Assembly (NCBI GenBank): GCA_038243415.1
Contig: JBBSRD010000001.1
Coordinates: 1 to 49,209 of the forward strand
Direction: 5' to 3'
Source of the DNA: Actinomycetales bacterium
Lineage (GTDB): Bacteria; Actinomycetota; Actinomycetes; Actinomycetales; Quadrisphaeraceae
DNA length: 49,209 nt
Of this stretch, positions 15,455 to 24,720 are shown piece by piece. The number at the start of each line of letters is the position of its first letter. The first letter of the stretch is position 1. Under the pieces are notes generated by a model, which was given only the letters and a program-made list of their open reading frames with translations, did not search any database and was not told where the DNA came from. The position numbers and the translations under genes were made by a program.

Positions 15455-16764
15455 GGTTCCTCGCCGCGCCCGGGGGGCGGGAGCACCACGGCGGCGGAGA
15501 GCCCGACGAGCAGGAACAGGAACATCGCTGCCTGGCCGAAGGACATCAGGTCGAAGACTCCCCCGGAGACCGCCAGCGCGCACAGGGCCCCGGCCATCGC
15601 CGCCGCCAGGCTGGCCCGGCGCGGGTCGGTGCGTCGCGAGCGCCAGCCGGCGGCCGCCAGCCCGGCCAGCGGGGCGCCGATGAGCAGGGTGAACGCGAGC
15701 ACGCCCACGAGCCCGCGGCTGGCGAGCAGCTCGAGCCACTGGTTGTCCAGGATGAGGCCCTGGGGCAGCGGGGCGCCGCCCAGCCACGGGTTGGCGTTGA
15801 AGGCTGCGTCGATGATGGGGAAGTCGTCCGTCCGCCCGGTGATCGAGGGATCGGTGCTCTCGTCGGCGAAGAGGCGGACCAGCGCTCCGGACAGGCTGGG
15901 GGCCAGCACGTAGGCACCGCACGCGGACAGCACGCCGAGCACCGCAGTCGCTGCCCGGACCGTCCACGGCTGCGCGGTGAGGAAGACGAGCACCGCGGTG
16001 GCGATGCAGATGAGCCCGCCGCGGGAGAGGGCGAACGGCAGCGCGAGAGCCATGAGGGCGGCGGCGACGGTGGCGAGGCGCCGCGCCCGCTGGGTGGCCG
16101 CGTGGAGCACGAGGTGCAGCGCCAGCGGCAGGCAGCAGCCGAGGACCACCCCGAACTCGATCGGGTGGGACGCGGTGCCCACGACGCGGCGGAACCCGAA
16201 GCGTGAACCGCCCCCGCCGGTGCCCGACACCTGGTCGAACCCCGGCAGCGTCACCAGGTCAGCCCACTTGACCGGAGACCCGACCGCCTGGGTCATGGCG
16301 ACGACCGCGCTCAGCGCGCACCCGGCGACGACCACGCCGAGCACCTGGTGCACCGTCGTGATGCTGCGTGCGCGGCTGGCCGCGTAGAGCGCGATGCCGC
16401 AGGCGCTCGCGGAGAAGAGGAGCTCGCGCAGCAGCCCGGCCGGATCCCGCTCACCTGCCAGCGTCTGCCAGCCGTAGAAGAAGATGGCTTGCGCCAGGTA
16501 GAGCAGGAGCAGGACGACGATCGGCGGCGCGACCGCCGCCTGACCGCGACGTCCGCGCAGCAGCTCCAGGGCGACCAGGACGAGCGCGACCATGCCGACC
16601 AGGCGGGCGGGCGACCCGTTGCTGCGCAGCGGTCCGGCCAGGGCGACCTCGCTGGGGAAGAAGAACAGGAGGGCAGCGAAGAGCAGGAGGACCGTCGGCG
16701 GTGGCCGTCGAGGGCGCACGCGCTGGACGGGGGACGGCGTTCCGGCGTCGACGAGAGCGCTCAT
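15358..16764 (-). CDS. wzy: O-antigen ligase/polymerase-like membrane protein (Wzy-type)
   Basis: This is the multi-TM protein-like part of listed ORF 15358..17331, starting from the ATG at 16764 (alternative 16818). It has many hydrophobic helices and a loop VGTASHPIEFGVVLG. Its 3' end overlaps the convergent gene by 97 nt. Confidence 0.7.
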   Translation of the reverse strand: MSALVDAGTPSPVQRVRPRRPPPTVLLLFAALLFFFPSEVALAGPLRSNGSPARLVGMVALVLVALELLRGRRGQAAVAPPIVVLLLLYLAQAIFFYGWQTLAGERDPAGLLRELLFSASACGIALYAASRARSITTVHQVLGVVVAGCALSAVVAMTQAVGSPVKWADLVTLPGFDQVSGTGGGGSRFGFRRVVGTASHPIEFGVVLGCCLPLALHLVLHAATQRARRLATVAAALMALALPFALSRGGLICIATAVLVFLTAQPWTVRAATAVLGVLSACGAYVLAPSLSGALVRLFADESTDPSITGRTDDFPIIDAAFNANPWLGGAPLPQGLILDNQWLELLASRGLVGVLAFTLLIGAPLAGLAAAGWRSRRTDPRRASLAAAMAGALCALAVSGGVFDLMSFGQAAMFLFLLVGLSAAVVLPPPGRGEEPQGLARTTFTASPETVTLSSSSVTAPGASTGP

Positions 16765-16854
16765 GCCCGTCGCCTGGCCGTCGCTCCCACGGTGAGGGAT
16801 GGTACCGATCGTCACCATCCGTGGTTGGCAGATGCCAGGATGTGACGAACCCCC

Positions 16855-17670
16855 GTGGCTCCGCCCCGGCCCGATCCCACAGGAGGAACGTCCTTGGACC
16901 TGCTCGGCGTCCTGAGAGCCTGCGTCCGCCGCTGGTGGGTCTTCCTGCCCGTGGTGGGGCTGACCGCGTGGCTGTGCTGGCAGCAGTACCAGGACGCGGA
17001 GCCCGAGTACACCGCGACCGCGTCGGTGGTCGTCGCCCCCTCGCCGGACCTGGTGATCAGCCGGGGCCGCCAGGCGGAGAACGGCCCACCGGTGACCACG
17101 CCCTTCAACGGCGGGGAAGGACCCAGGGTGCTCTCCGGCCTGCTGGTGCGCGCCCTGAACACCGCGGTGGTCCGTGAGCAGCTCCTGCCCGCAGGGGGCG
17201 CTGCGCTGGTGGCGAGCCGTGACGTGCAGGAGGACGCGACCGTGGTCGACCTGCAGGTGGTCGCGCAGGACGCGGCCTCGGACGTCGAGGCGCTCGCCGC
17301 GGTGCGCGCCGGTGTCAACGACGTCGTGCACCAGGTCCAGCTCGAGGCCGGCGCGCAGCAGGGTCAGCTGTACGACGCCGTCTCGGGCGGTCCGGTGGAC
17401 CCGCCGTTGGTCACCTACCCCGACCGGGTGCGCGGCGTCGTGGCGATCGGCCTGGCCGGGATGCTGGCCGCCGTGGTGCTGAGCGTCCTGGCGCAGTCTC
17501 TGCTGGGGGGGCGGCGCAAGCCGTCCGAGAAGAAGCAGCGGAAGCAGCGAACGTCACGAGGGAGCCGTCATCCCGTCGCCACCAGGCACTCGGCGGCGGG
17601 CCGGTCGGAGGAGACCTCCACCGACGTGCTCGACCTCGCCGGCGACCGAGCGTCCACCCCGGTCCGGTGA
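16855..17670 (+). CDS. Wzz-like polysaccharide chain-length determinant (no kinase domain)
   Basis: N-terminal TM WWVFLPVVGLTAWLCW, an extracytoplasmic segment, a C-terminal TM VVAIGLAGMLAAVVLSVLA, and a basic tail. Confidence 0.55.
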   Translation: MAPPRPDPTGGTSLDLLGVLRACVRRWWVFLPVVGLTAWLCWQQYQDAEPEYTATASVVVAPSPDLVISRGRQAENGPPVTTPFNGGEGPRVLSGLLVRALNTAVVREQLLPAGGAALVASRDVQEDATVVDLQVVAQDAASDVEALAAVRAGVNDVVHQVQLEAGAQQGQLYDAVSGGPVDPPLVTYPDRVRGVVAIGLAGMLAAVVLSVLAQSLLGGRRKPSEKKQRKQRTSRGSRHPVATRHSAAGRSEETSTDVLDLAGDRASTPVR

Positions 17671-18611
17671 CCGTCATCCCCCTCGACGACGGAGCGCTGC
17701 CGTCAGCGCTCGCAGTGACGGTGATCGTCCCGGTGCACGAGGACGCGGCGGCCCTCCGCCGATGCCTGGCCGCGCTGCGCGCGCAGGACTTGGCCGCCGG
17801 CTCCTTCGACGTCGTGGTGTGCGACAACGCCTCGGTCCACGACCGGGTGCTCGCGGCCGACGTCGCGCTCCAGGAAGGACAGCACGGCCCGCAGGTGACG
17901 TTGGTGGAGTCCGCCGAGCCCGGCTCCTACCGGGCGCGCAACAGGTGCCTGCCGCAGGCGCGAGGAGCGGTGCTGGCCTTCACCGACGCCGACTGCCGTC
18001 CTCACCCCACGTGGCTCTCGGAGGGGCTGGCCGCGCTGCAGGGTGAGGGCGAGAACGAGCGGCCCGACCTCGTGGCGGGCCGGGTGGCCGTCCACGCCCA
18101 GCACGTCCCCGCCCGGCCCGTCGAGCTCTACGAGGTCGAGACGGCGTTCCCGCAGGAGAAGTACGTGAGGACCATGAGCTTCGGCGTCACCGCGAACCTC
18201 TTCGTGCGCCGCTCGGTGGTCGAGGACGTGGGCCCGTTCGACGAGTCCCTCCTCAGCGGCGGCGACCGCGAGTTCTGCGAGCGGGCGGTCCGGCGCGGGC
18301 ACCGCATCGCCTATGCCGCGTCCGCCGTCGTCGACCACCCTGCGCGAGCCAGCGTGGCGGAGCTGCGCACGAAGGCGACGCGCGTGCTGGTCGGTGCCCG
18401 AGCCGACGGGCGCCTCGGGCCCTGGTCCGGGCTGCTCCGTCAGGCCCGTCCCCCCCTGGGTGCGATCCAGCGCGCCAGGCGCTCGCCGCGCCTGGCGACG
18501 GCGCGGGACAGGGCGATGTACGTGGCCGGCGAGGTGACCGCGCACTACGTCCGCGTGATCGCTGAGGTGCGCGTGCGCACATCACCCGGAGGAGCCGTGC
18601 GGCGGCGCTGA
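17667..18611 (+). CDS. Family 2 glycosyltransferase
   Basis: GTGA overlap with the upstream stop. VTVIVPVHEDAAALRRCLAAL...VVVCDNAS...AFTDADCRPHPTWL. Confidence 0.85.
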   Translation: MTVIPLDDGALPSALAVTVIVPVHEDAAALRRCLAALRAQDLAAGSFDVVVCDNASVHDRVLAADVALQEGQHGPQVTLVESAEPGSYRARNRCLPQARGAVLAFTDADCRPHPTWLSEGLAALQGEGENERPDLVAGRVAVHAQHVPARPVELYEVETAFPQEKYVRTMSFGVTANLFVRRSVVEDVGPFDESLLSGGDREFCERAVRRGHRIAYAASAVVDHPARASVAELRTKATRVLVGARADGRLGPWSGLLRQARPPLGAIQRARRSPRLATARDRAMYVAGEVTAHYVRVIAEVRVRTSPGGAVRRR

Positions 18612-18625
18612 ACGCCCCCGCCGAC

Positions 18626-19237
18626 GTGCCTCTCGCGCTTACGGTGCTGGGCATGGCACCACCGCTCCCGCTGTCCTCCCGTCTGACCGGTGGCGTCCGC
18701 CGGCTGCTGCGCCCCTCGCTGTGGCTGCACCTCGTCCGCCTGGCCAACGCGGCGGGCTACGCGCACGCCGACCAGCGCGCGACGATGTCCGCCGGCCCTG
18801 GCCTGGCGATGGCCCCGTCCGTGAGCCTGCGCAACGGCGAGCGCATCGAGTGCGGACGCGAGGTGCACGTGGGGGAGAGGTGCTCGCTGTGGGCGGGCGA
18901 CACCGCCGGGCGCATCGTCCTGGGCGACAACGCGTTGCTCGCTCCCGAGGTGTTCATCACCGCGAGCAACTACGGCACGCGATGGGGCACCGGCGTGCCG
19001 ATCATGCACCAGCCCAAGGTCGAGGCCGACGTGCTGATCGGTGCTGACGCCTGGCTGGGCGCCCGCGTCACGGTGCTGCCCGGCATCTCGATCGGTCAGG
19101 GGGCCGTCGTGGCGGCCGGCGCGGTGGTGACGAAGGACCTGCCCGCCGGGTGCATCGCTGGCGGCGTGCCCGCGCGGGTCATCGGTTGGCGCGAGGGCGT
19201 CCCCGAGGCGATGCGGGGGGAGGCCGTCCGTGGGTGA
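18626..19237 (+). CDS. Hexapeptide-repeat (LbH) O-acetyltransferase
   Basis: VLIGADAWLGARVTVLPGISIGQGAVVAAGAVVTKDLPAGCIAGGVPARVIG. The start is uncertain. Confidence 0.75.
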   Translation: MPLALTVLGMAPPLPLSSRLTGGVRRLLRPSLWLHLVRLANAAGYAHADQRATMSAGPGLAMAPSVSLRNGERIECGREVHVGERCSLWAGDTAGRIVLGDNALLAPEVFITASNYGTRWGTGVPIMHQPKVEADVLIGADAWLGARVTVLPGISIGQGAVVAAGAVVTKDLPAGCIAGGVPARVIGWREGVPEAMRGEAVRG

Positions 19238-20285
19238 CGCCTCTCTCGAGCCTCGTCGTGCACGCGTGCTGAGCAACGTCGTGGTGGCGCGGTCCAACCC
19301 CTGGGTCACGTCCTGGCTCGAGGCCTCGAAGGCGGCCGGCGTCGACGTGGTCGACCTCAGCACGGCCGCCGTGCTGGCGCGCGGTGCGGACGCGCCGTCG
19401 GGCGCCCACCTGCAGTGGCCGGAACGCATGCTCAACCCCGCCTCGCCGCTGGCGGCCGCGAGGCTCGTGCTGCGCCTGCTCCTCCTCTGCGCCCTGCTGC
19501 GGCTGCGCGGGCGGACCGTGCTCCTCACCGCCCACAACGTCCGGGCCCACGAGCGTCGCCACCCGCTGCTGAGCACGGTCCTGTGGTGGGCGTTGGACCG
19601 GTTGGTGACCGACGTCCACGTCCTGTCAGCCGCGGGCCGACGTGAGGTCGAACAGGCTCATCCGCTCCTGGCGCGCCGCACCTGGCACGTGATCCCCCAC
19701 GGGGACTACCTGGCGCAGACGGCTGGGGCTCCCTCACGCACCGACGCCCGCGCGCGCCTGAGCCTGCCGGCCGACGCCACGGTCCTCACGACCGTCGGCG
19801 GCCTGCGCGCCTACAAGGGCGCGACCGACCTGGTCTCGACGTTTCGCCGCTGGGACCGGCGCGACGCGGTGCTGCTGATGGCCGGCCGACCGGCGGGCCC
19901 GGAGGAGGCGAGAGATCTGCGCGACGCGGCCGGCGACGACCCCCGCCTGCACCTGACCCTGGAGCACATCGACGACGACGAGCTGAGCGGACGGGTGGCA
20001 GCCGCCGACCTGGTCGTCCTGCCCTACCGGGCCGTCTTGAACTCCGGCAGCGCGATGTACGCCCTCTCCGCCCGGCGACCCGTGCTCGTCCCGTCCACCC
20101 CCACCTTCACCGAGCTCGGCGAGCAGGTGGGGCCGGGCTGGGTGCGAACGTATGAGGGCGACCTGGGCGTCGACGACCTGCTCCGGGCCAGCGACGAGCC
20201 GCCTCCCGCCCGTCCCCCCGAGATGGCCTGGTGCTCCTGGTCGACCATCACCGAGCAGATCGCCGGCCTCTGGGGGACACGATGA
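19230..20285 (+). CDS. GT-B fold glycosyltransferase (GT4/GT1-like)
   Basis: C-terminal half: VGGLRAYKG...LVVLPYRAVLNSGSAMYALSARRPVLVP. This is typical retaining GT-B architecture. Confidence 0.65.
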   Translation: MGDASLEPRRARVLSNVVVARSNPWVTSWLEASKAAGVDVVDLSTAAVLARGADAPSGAHLQWPERMLNPASPLAAARLVLRLLLLCALLRLRGRTVLLTAHNVRAHERRHPLLSTVLWWALDRLVTDVHVLSAAGRREVEQAHPLLARRTWHVIPHGDYLAQTAGAPSRTDARARLSLPADATVLTTVGGLRAYKGATDLVSTFRRWDRRDAVLLMAGRPAGPEEARDLRDAAGDDPRLHLTLEHIDDDELSGRVAAADLVVLPYRAVLNSGSAMYALSARRPVLVPSTPTFTELGEQVGPGWVRTYEGDLGVDDLLRASDEPPPARPPEMAWCSWSTITEQIAGLWGTR

Positions 20286-21217
20286 GCGCGCTGCAGCGCC
20301 CGAGCGTCTCGGTGATCATCCCCGTCCGCGACGGAGCCGCCCAGCTCGACGGCTGCCTCGGCGCCCTCGACGTCCAGGACTACGACGGCGACCTCGAGGT
20401 GCTCGTCGTCGACAACGGGTCCCGCGAGGACATCGGTGCCGTGGTCTCTCGTCACGCCGGGGCCCGGATGCTGCGCGAACCTCGGCCCGGGTCGTACGCC
20501 GCACGCAACCTCGCCCTCACCTCCGCCGTCGGTGAGGTGCTGGCCTTCACGGACGGCGACTGCACGCCGAGGCCTGACTGGGTCGGGCGAGCCGTCGAGG
20601 AGCTCTCGCGCGACCCCGCGGCGGACATGGTGGGTGGGCGGGTGGAGATCACGTACTCCCACGGTGCGCCCAGGACCCCCAGCGAGCTGTTCGAGGCCGT
20701 CCACGGTTTCCCGCAGGAGCGCTACCTGGCCGACCAGCGGTACGCGGTCACCGCGAACATGATCACCTGGCGTCACGTCGTGGACCGGGTCGGGCCGTTC
20801 GACGCCGCTCTCGCCTCGCGCGGCGACGCCAACTGGGGCCAGCGCGTCGCTGCCGCCGGGGGGACCCAGCGCTACGCAGGGCTGGCCGTCGTGCGCCACC
20901 CGGCACGGTCGACGTGGGGGGAGTCCTTGGAGAAGTGGCGGCGCGTGGCGCGTGGTCGGGTCGCCAACGACCTGAACGCCGGGCGGCGCCCGCGGCACTT
21001 CGTCGGCATGGCCGTGAGCCAGCTGCGCGACGTGGCTCGCCTCCTGCCGAGGCTGAGCACGACGAGCCACCTCGACGGTCGTGGTCAGCGTGCGCGGTAC
21101 CTCCTGGCCTTCACGGTGTGCCGCGGCCTCACGGCGGCAATCTTCGCGCGCGGAGCCGTCGCATCCTCTTTGCGCCGATCTTCATCGCAGACCGCATCGA
21201 GCCCCTACGCTCAGTGA
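20282..21217 (+). CDS. Family 2 glycosyltransferase
   Basis: The internal ATG at 20282 overlaps the upstream stop (ATGA). VSVIIPVRDGAAQLDGCLGAL...VLVVDNGS...AFTDGDCTPRPDWV. Confidence 0.85.
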   Translation: MSALQRPSVSVIIPVRDGAAQLDGCLGALDVQDYDGDLEVLVVDNGSREDIGAVVSRHAGARMLREPRPGSYAARNLALTSAVGEVLAFTDGDCTPRPDWVGRAVEELSRDPAADMVGGRVEITYSHGAPRTPSELFEAVHGFPQERYLADQRYAVTANMITWRHVVDRVGPFDAALASRGDANWGQRVAAAGGTQRYAGLAVVRHPARSTWGESLEKWRRVARGRVANDLNAGRRPRHFVGMAVSQLRDVARLLPRLSTTSHLDGRGQRARYLLAFTVCRGLTAAIFARGAVASSLRRSSSQTASSPYAQ

Positions 21218-21278
21218 TGCTCCTTCACGACGTCGTGGCTCGGAGCGCCACGACGAGAGGAACGGGAGGACGCACGGC

Positions 21279-22775
21279 ATGAGCCAACTGCGTGCCAGCG
21301 CCGCGACGGGCGTCGCATGGACGGCCGTCCAGATCTGGACGGTCCGGCTGACCACCGCGGGCGCCTTCATCGTCCTGTCCCGGCAGCTCCAGCCGAACGA
21401 GTTCGGGCTGGTCGCCCTGGCGATGGCCGTGATCGGCGTTCTGAGCCTGTTCGGGGACAGCGGCATCCCGGTCTACGTCCAACGGGTCAAAGAGATCGAC
21501 AAGCGCACGCTCGACACAGCCTTTTGGACCACCGTCGCCATGGGCACCGTGCTGGCGGGCGCGCTCGCGCTGGTCGCCGCCCCCGTCGCGGCCCTGTTCG
21601 ACGCGCCCGGCCTCACGCCAGTGCTCCAGGTGCTCAGCATCGGGCTGGTGCTCAACAGCCTCAACAGCATCCAGTCAGCCCTGCTCAAGCGGCAGATGCG
21701 CTTCAAGACACTCGCCATCCGCGGCACCATCGCCACCGGCATCGGGTCGATCGTCGCGATCACCATGGCGCTCAACGGTTTCGGCGTCTGGGCGCTGGTC
21801 GCACAGTCACTGGTGCGCAGCGCCGTCTCGGTGCTCATCATCTGGACGTCGGTGTCGTGGTATCCAGGCTTGTCGTGGAGCCGAGCGCGAGCCGGCGAGA
21901 TGATCGGCTTCGGTAGCAAGCTGCTCTCCATCAGCCTTCTGATGACCCTACGGGACCGCGGGGAAGACTTCCTTCTCGCCGGCCTCAGTGGCACGGGCGT
22001 GCTGGGTCTGTGGGCCGTCGCCAACCGGCTCGTCCGCATCATCCAGGAGACGGGCTCCTCCGTCGTGAGCTCGGTGGCCACCCCGGCGTTCGCCAAGCTC
22101 CAGGGCGAGCCGAAGCGGCTGTACGGGGCGTACGAGACCAGCATGACCGCGACCAGCAGCGTCATGTTCCCCGCTCTGGGCCTGCTCGCCGTGATCAGCC
22201 CCGTCCTGGTCCCCACCGTCCTCGGGCAGCAGTGGCAGCAGACAGCGGAGGCTGCGCAGATCATCGCGCTGACAGCCATCGTGGGCGTCTTCGTCTACTT
22301 CGACCGGCCGATCTTCATCGCCTTCAACCGTCTGCGCCCGGAGATCATCCTGGTCGCGTTCATCGTCGCCGCACACCTGTCGATCGTCGTCCTCGTCGCG
22401 CCCCTGGGCCTGACCCCTCTCGCGCTGGCGCTGCTGGCTCGTTCCCTGGTCACCTGGCCGATCCGGATGGTGGTGCTGCACCGCACCACGGGTGTTCCGT
22501 ACCGCTCGGTGCTGCGTCCGCTGAGGGTGCTCGCCGCCGCCGGGGTCATGGCCGGGTCTGTGGTCCTCGCGCTGGCGATCATCGGCGATGGCTCCGACTG
22601 GCTGAAGATCGGTGTTTCGGTGGGGGTCGCCCTGCTTGTCTATCCGGTGGCGCTGCTGCTGCTCGCCCGGTCTGTGGTCCTGGACCTCATGTCGGACGTC
22701 AAGCGGGTGCGCTGCCCGATCGTGCTCCCAGAATCCATGACGGAGGAGGTGCGAGATGTTCAGGTCAGCCGCTGA
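21279..22775 (+). CDS. wzx: Wzx-type polysaccharide flippase (MOP superfamily)
   Basis: The ATG at 21279 is preceded by GGGAGGA. About 12-14 hydrophobic helices. N-terminus: AATGVAWTAVQIWTVRLTTAGAFIVLSRQLQPNEFGLVALAMAV. Confidence 0.85.
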   Translation: MSQLRASAATGVAWTAVQIWTVRLTTAGAFIVLSRQLQPNEFGLVALAMAVIGVLSLFGDSGIPVYVQRVKEIDKRTLDTAFWTTVAMGTVLAGALALVAAPVAALFDAPGLTPVLQVLSIGLVLNSLNSIQSALLKRQMRFKTLAIRGTIATGIGSIVAITMALNGFGVWALVAQSLVRSAVSVLIIWTSVSWYPGLSWSRARAGEMIGFGSKLLSISLLMTLRDRGEDFLLAGLSGTGVLGLWAVANRLVRIIQETGSSVVSSVATPAFAKLQGEPKRLYGAYETSMTATSSVMFPALGLLAVISPVLVPTVLGQQWQQTAEAAQIIALTAIVGVFVYFDRPIFIAFNRLRPEIILVAFIVAAHLSIVVLVAPLGLTPLALALLARSLVTWPIRMVVLHRTTGVPYRSVLRPLRVLAAAGVMAGSVVLALAIIGDGSDWLKIGVSVGVALLVYPVALLLLARSVVLDLMSDVKRVRCPIVLPESMTEEVRDVQVSR

Positions 22776-23757
22776 CCCTGCCGAGCACGTCGATGCCCTG
22801 CGCCTCACCGCGCTCTCGCGCCTCGCTGAGCACCTGCCCCGGTACGACCGGTGGACGGCGATCGACTACCCGATGCACTTCAACGTGGGTGATGCGGCGA
22901 TCACTTTGGGCCAGGCTCGATTGGCCACCGAGGTGGGAGCATCGCTCGGCGCCGTCCTCGATCGTGTCTCGTACAGGTCCAGACTGGTGAGCCCAGGCTC
23001 ATTGCCAGTGATTGCTGGGGGTGGGAATTGGGGAGGCCTCTACCCGACCCACCACAAGCTCCGACTCCGCGCGCTCCACGATCTTCGCGGACGTGACGTC
23101 GTGCAGATGCCCCAGTCGATCCAGTACGCCTCGCAGGAGCACCGCGAGCAGCTGCGTCGTGCTGTCGGCGAGCACGGGCGGCTGACCTTGCTCGTCCGCG
23201 ACGAGCGCAGCTACAACGTCGCGGTGGCAGACTACGACTGTGCCGTGCACCTCGTCCCCGACCTGGTCTTCACCCTCGGGCGGCTGAGCACGCCCGGACC
23301 GAGCACCGACGTGGTGGTGCAGGGACGCACCGACCGTGAGGCGCAAGAGTCCTCCACCGACCTGTCAACCTTCGACTGGCTCGAACCGCCATGCGCGTCC
23401 CTGTCTCGGATCGCCTTCCGCGCTGCCCGCCTGGCCAACCGCGCCCAGCGGCGGGTACCCCAGCAGATCGCAGGTCGAGCGACCGTCGCGACCACCAGGG
23501 TGTTGGCGGAGGTCAATCTGCGCCGGGGGACCGCCCTGCTCGGAAGGGGGCGCTATGTCGCTACCGACCGGTTGCACGGCCACGTCCTCTCGTACCTGAT
23601 CGGTCGACCCCACGTCGTGGTCGACGACCGGTACAGCAAGATCCGCGCGCTGCACGAGACGTGGCTCGTCGATGATCCGCAGAGCATTCTGGTCTCCTCG
23701 TGGGCAGAGGTTCCCGCTGCGCTGGACGATCTGCGAAAGCGTTTCCCTGACGCATGA
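22756..23757 (+). CDS. Polysaccharide pyruvyl transferase family protein
   Basis: HFNVGDAAITLGQ...VIAGGGNWG...VATDRLHGHVLSYLIGRPHVVVDD. These are CsaB/WcaK/ExoV-type motifs. Confidence 0.75.
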   Translation: MFRSAADPAEHVDALRLTALSRLAEHLPRYDRWTAIDYPMHFNVGDAAITLGQARLATEVGASLGAVLDRVSYRSRLVSPGSLPVIAGGGNWGGLYPTHHKLRLRALHDLRGRDVVQMPQSIQYASQEHREQLRRAVGEHGRLTLLVRDERSYNVAVADYDCAVHLVPDLVFTLGRLSTPGPSTDVVVQGRTDREAQESSTDLSTFDWLEPPCASLSRIAFRAARLANRAQRRVPQQIAGRATVATTRVLAEVNLRRGTALLGRGRYVATDRLHGHVLSYLIGRPHVVVDDRYSKIRALHETWLVDDPQSILVSSWAEVPAALDDLRKRFPDA

Positions 23758-24659
23758 CCCTCCATGACGGTTCGCCTCGCATGACACCCCCTGACGTCAC
23801 TGTCGTGATTCCCTGCCGAGACGTGGTGGGCACGATCGAGGAGCAGCTGGCCGCGCTCGCCGAGCAGGACTTCGTCGGCACTGTCGAGATCCTGCTCAGC
23901 GATAACGGCTCGCGCGACGGGTTGGCCGATCACCTGGACACTTGGAGGCAGCAGTACGGGTTGGCACTCCGTCACGTCGACGCCTCAGCGCGAGCGGGTG
24001 TCAGCCACGCTCGGAACATCGGGCTGCGCGCTGCATCGTCAAGCGTCGTCGCCGTCTGCGACGCCGACGACGTGGTCAGCCCCAGGTGGCTCGCCGCGCT
24101 CGTCGAGCAGGTCCGGGCCGGTTTCTCCGTGGTGGGAGGTGCTATCGACGTCACCGTTCTGAACGATGAGGTCCGGCAGGCCTGGCGGCCCGGCCCCCCG
24201 AACGACCGACTACCGGCCAAGCTGGGTTTCAAGCCGTACGCCATCGGCGCCAACCTCGCCGTGCAGCGCGACGACGCGCTCGCCATCGGCGGGTGGGATG
24301 AGGACTACGTGGCCGGGGGCGACGACGTCGACTTCTCGTGGCGCATCCAGCTCGCCGGCCACCACATCGGGTTCGCACCTGACGCCCTGGTCCATTATCG
24401 GTATCGGGCCGACTTAAAGGGCACTGCACGCCAGGCCCGCGCGTATGCCCGCTGCGAAGCGCGGCTCCTCGCGCAGTACGCCGACCGAGGAGCGCATGCC
24501 TATCGACCTTCGCGTACCAGAATCGAATTGTCGTGGCTACGGCACAACGTTCGCGACCTCGTCACCTCGGAAGCCAGCCGTGGCCGGTGGATCTACAAAG
24601 CATCGACCGTCGCCGGTCGACTCAGCGGCGCGGTTAGTGAGCGACGCTGGGTCGGCTGA
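23754..24659 (+). CDS. Family 2 glycosyltransferase
   Basis: VTVVIPCRDVVGTIEEQLAAL...ILLSDNGSRD...AVCDADDVVSPRWL...GGDDVDFSWR. Confidence 0.85.
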   Translation: MTLHDGSPRMTPPDVTVVIPCRDVVGTIEEQLAALAEQDFVGTVEILLSDNGSRDGLADHLDTWRQQYGLALRHVDASARAGVSHARNIGLRAASSSVVAVCDADDVVSPRWLAALVEQVRAGFSVVGGAIDVTVLNDEVRQAWRPGPPNDRLPAKLGFKPYAIGANLAVQRDDALAIGGWDEDYVAGGDDVDFSWRIQLAGHHIGFAPDALVHYRYRADLKGTARQARAYARCEARLLAQYADRGAHAYRPSRTRIELSWLRHNVRDLVTSEASRGRWIYKASTVAGRLSGAVSERRWVG

Positions 24660-24720
24660 AGGGAATCTGCCGGTGCGGCGCTTCTACGTCAGCAGCTGAA
24701 TAAAAGGATCTCTCGATCCA

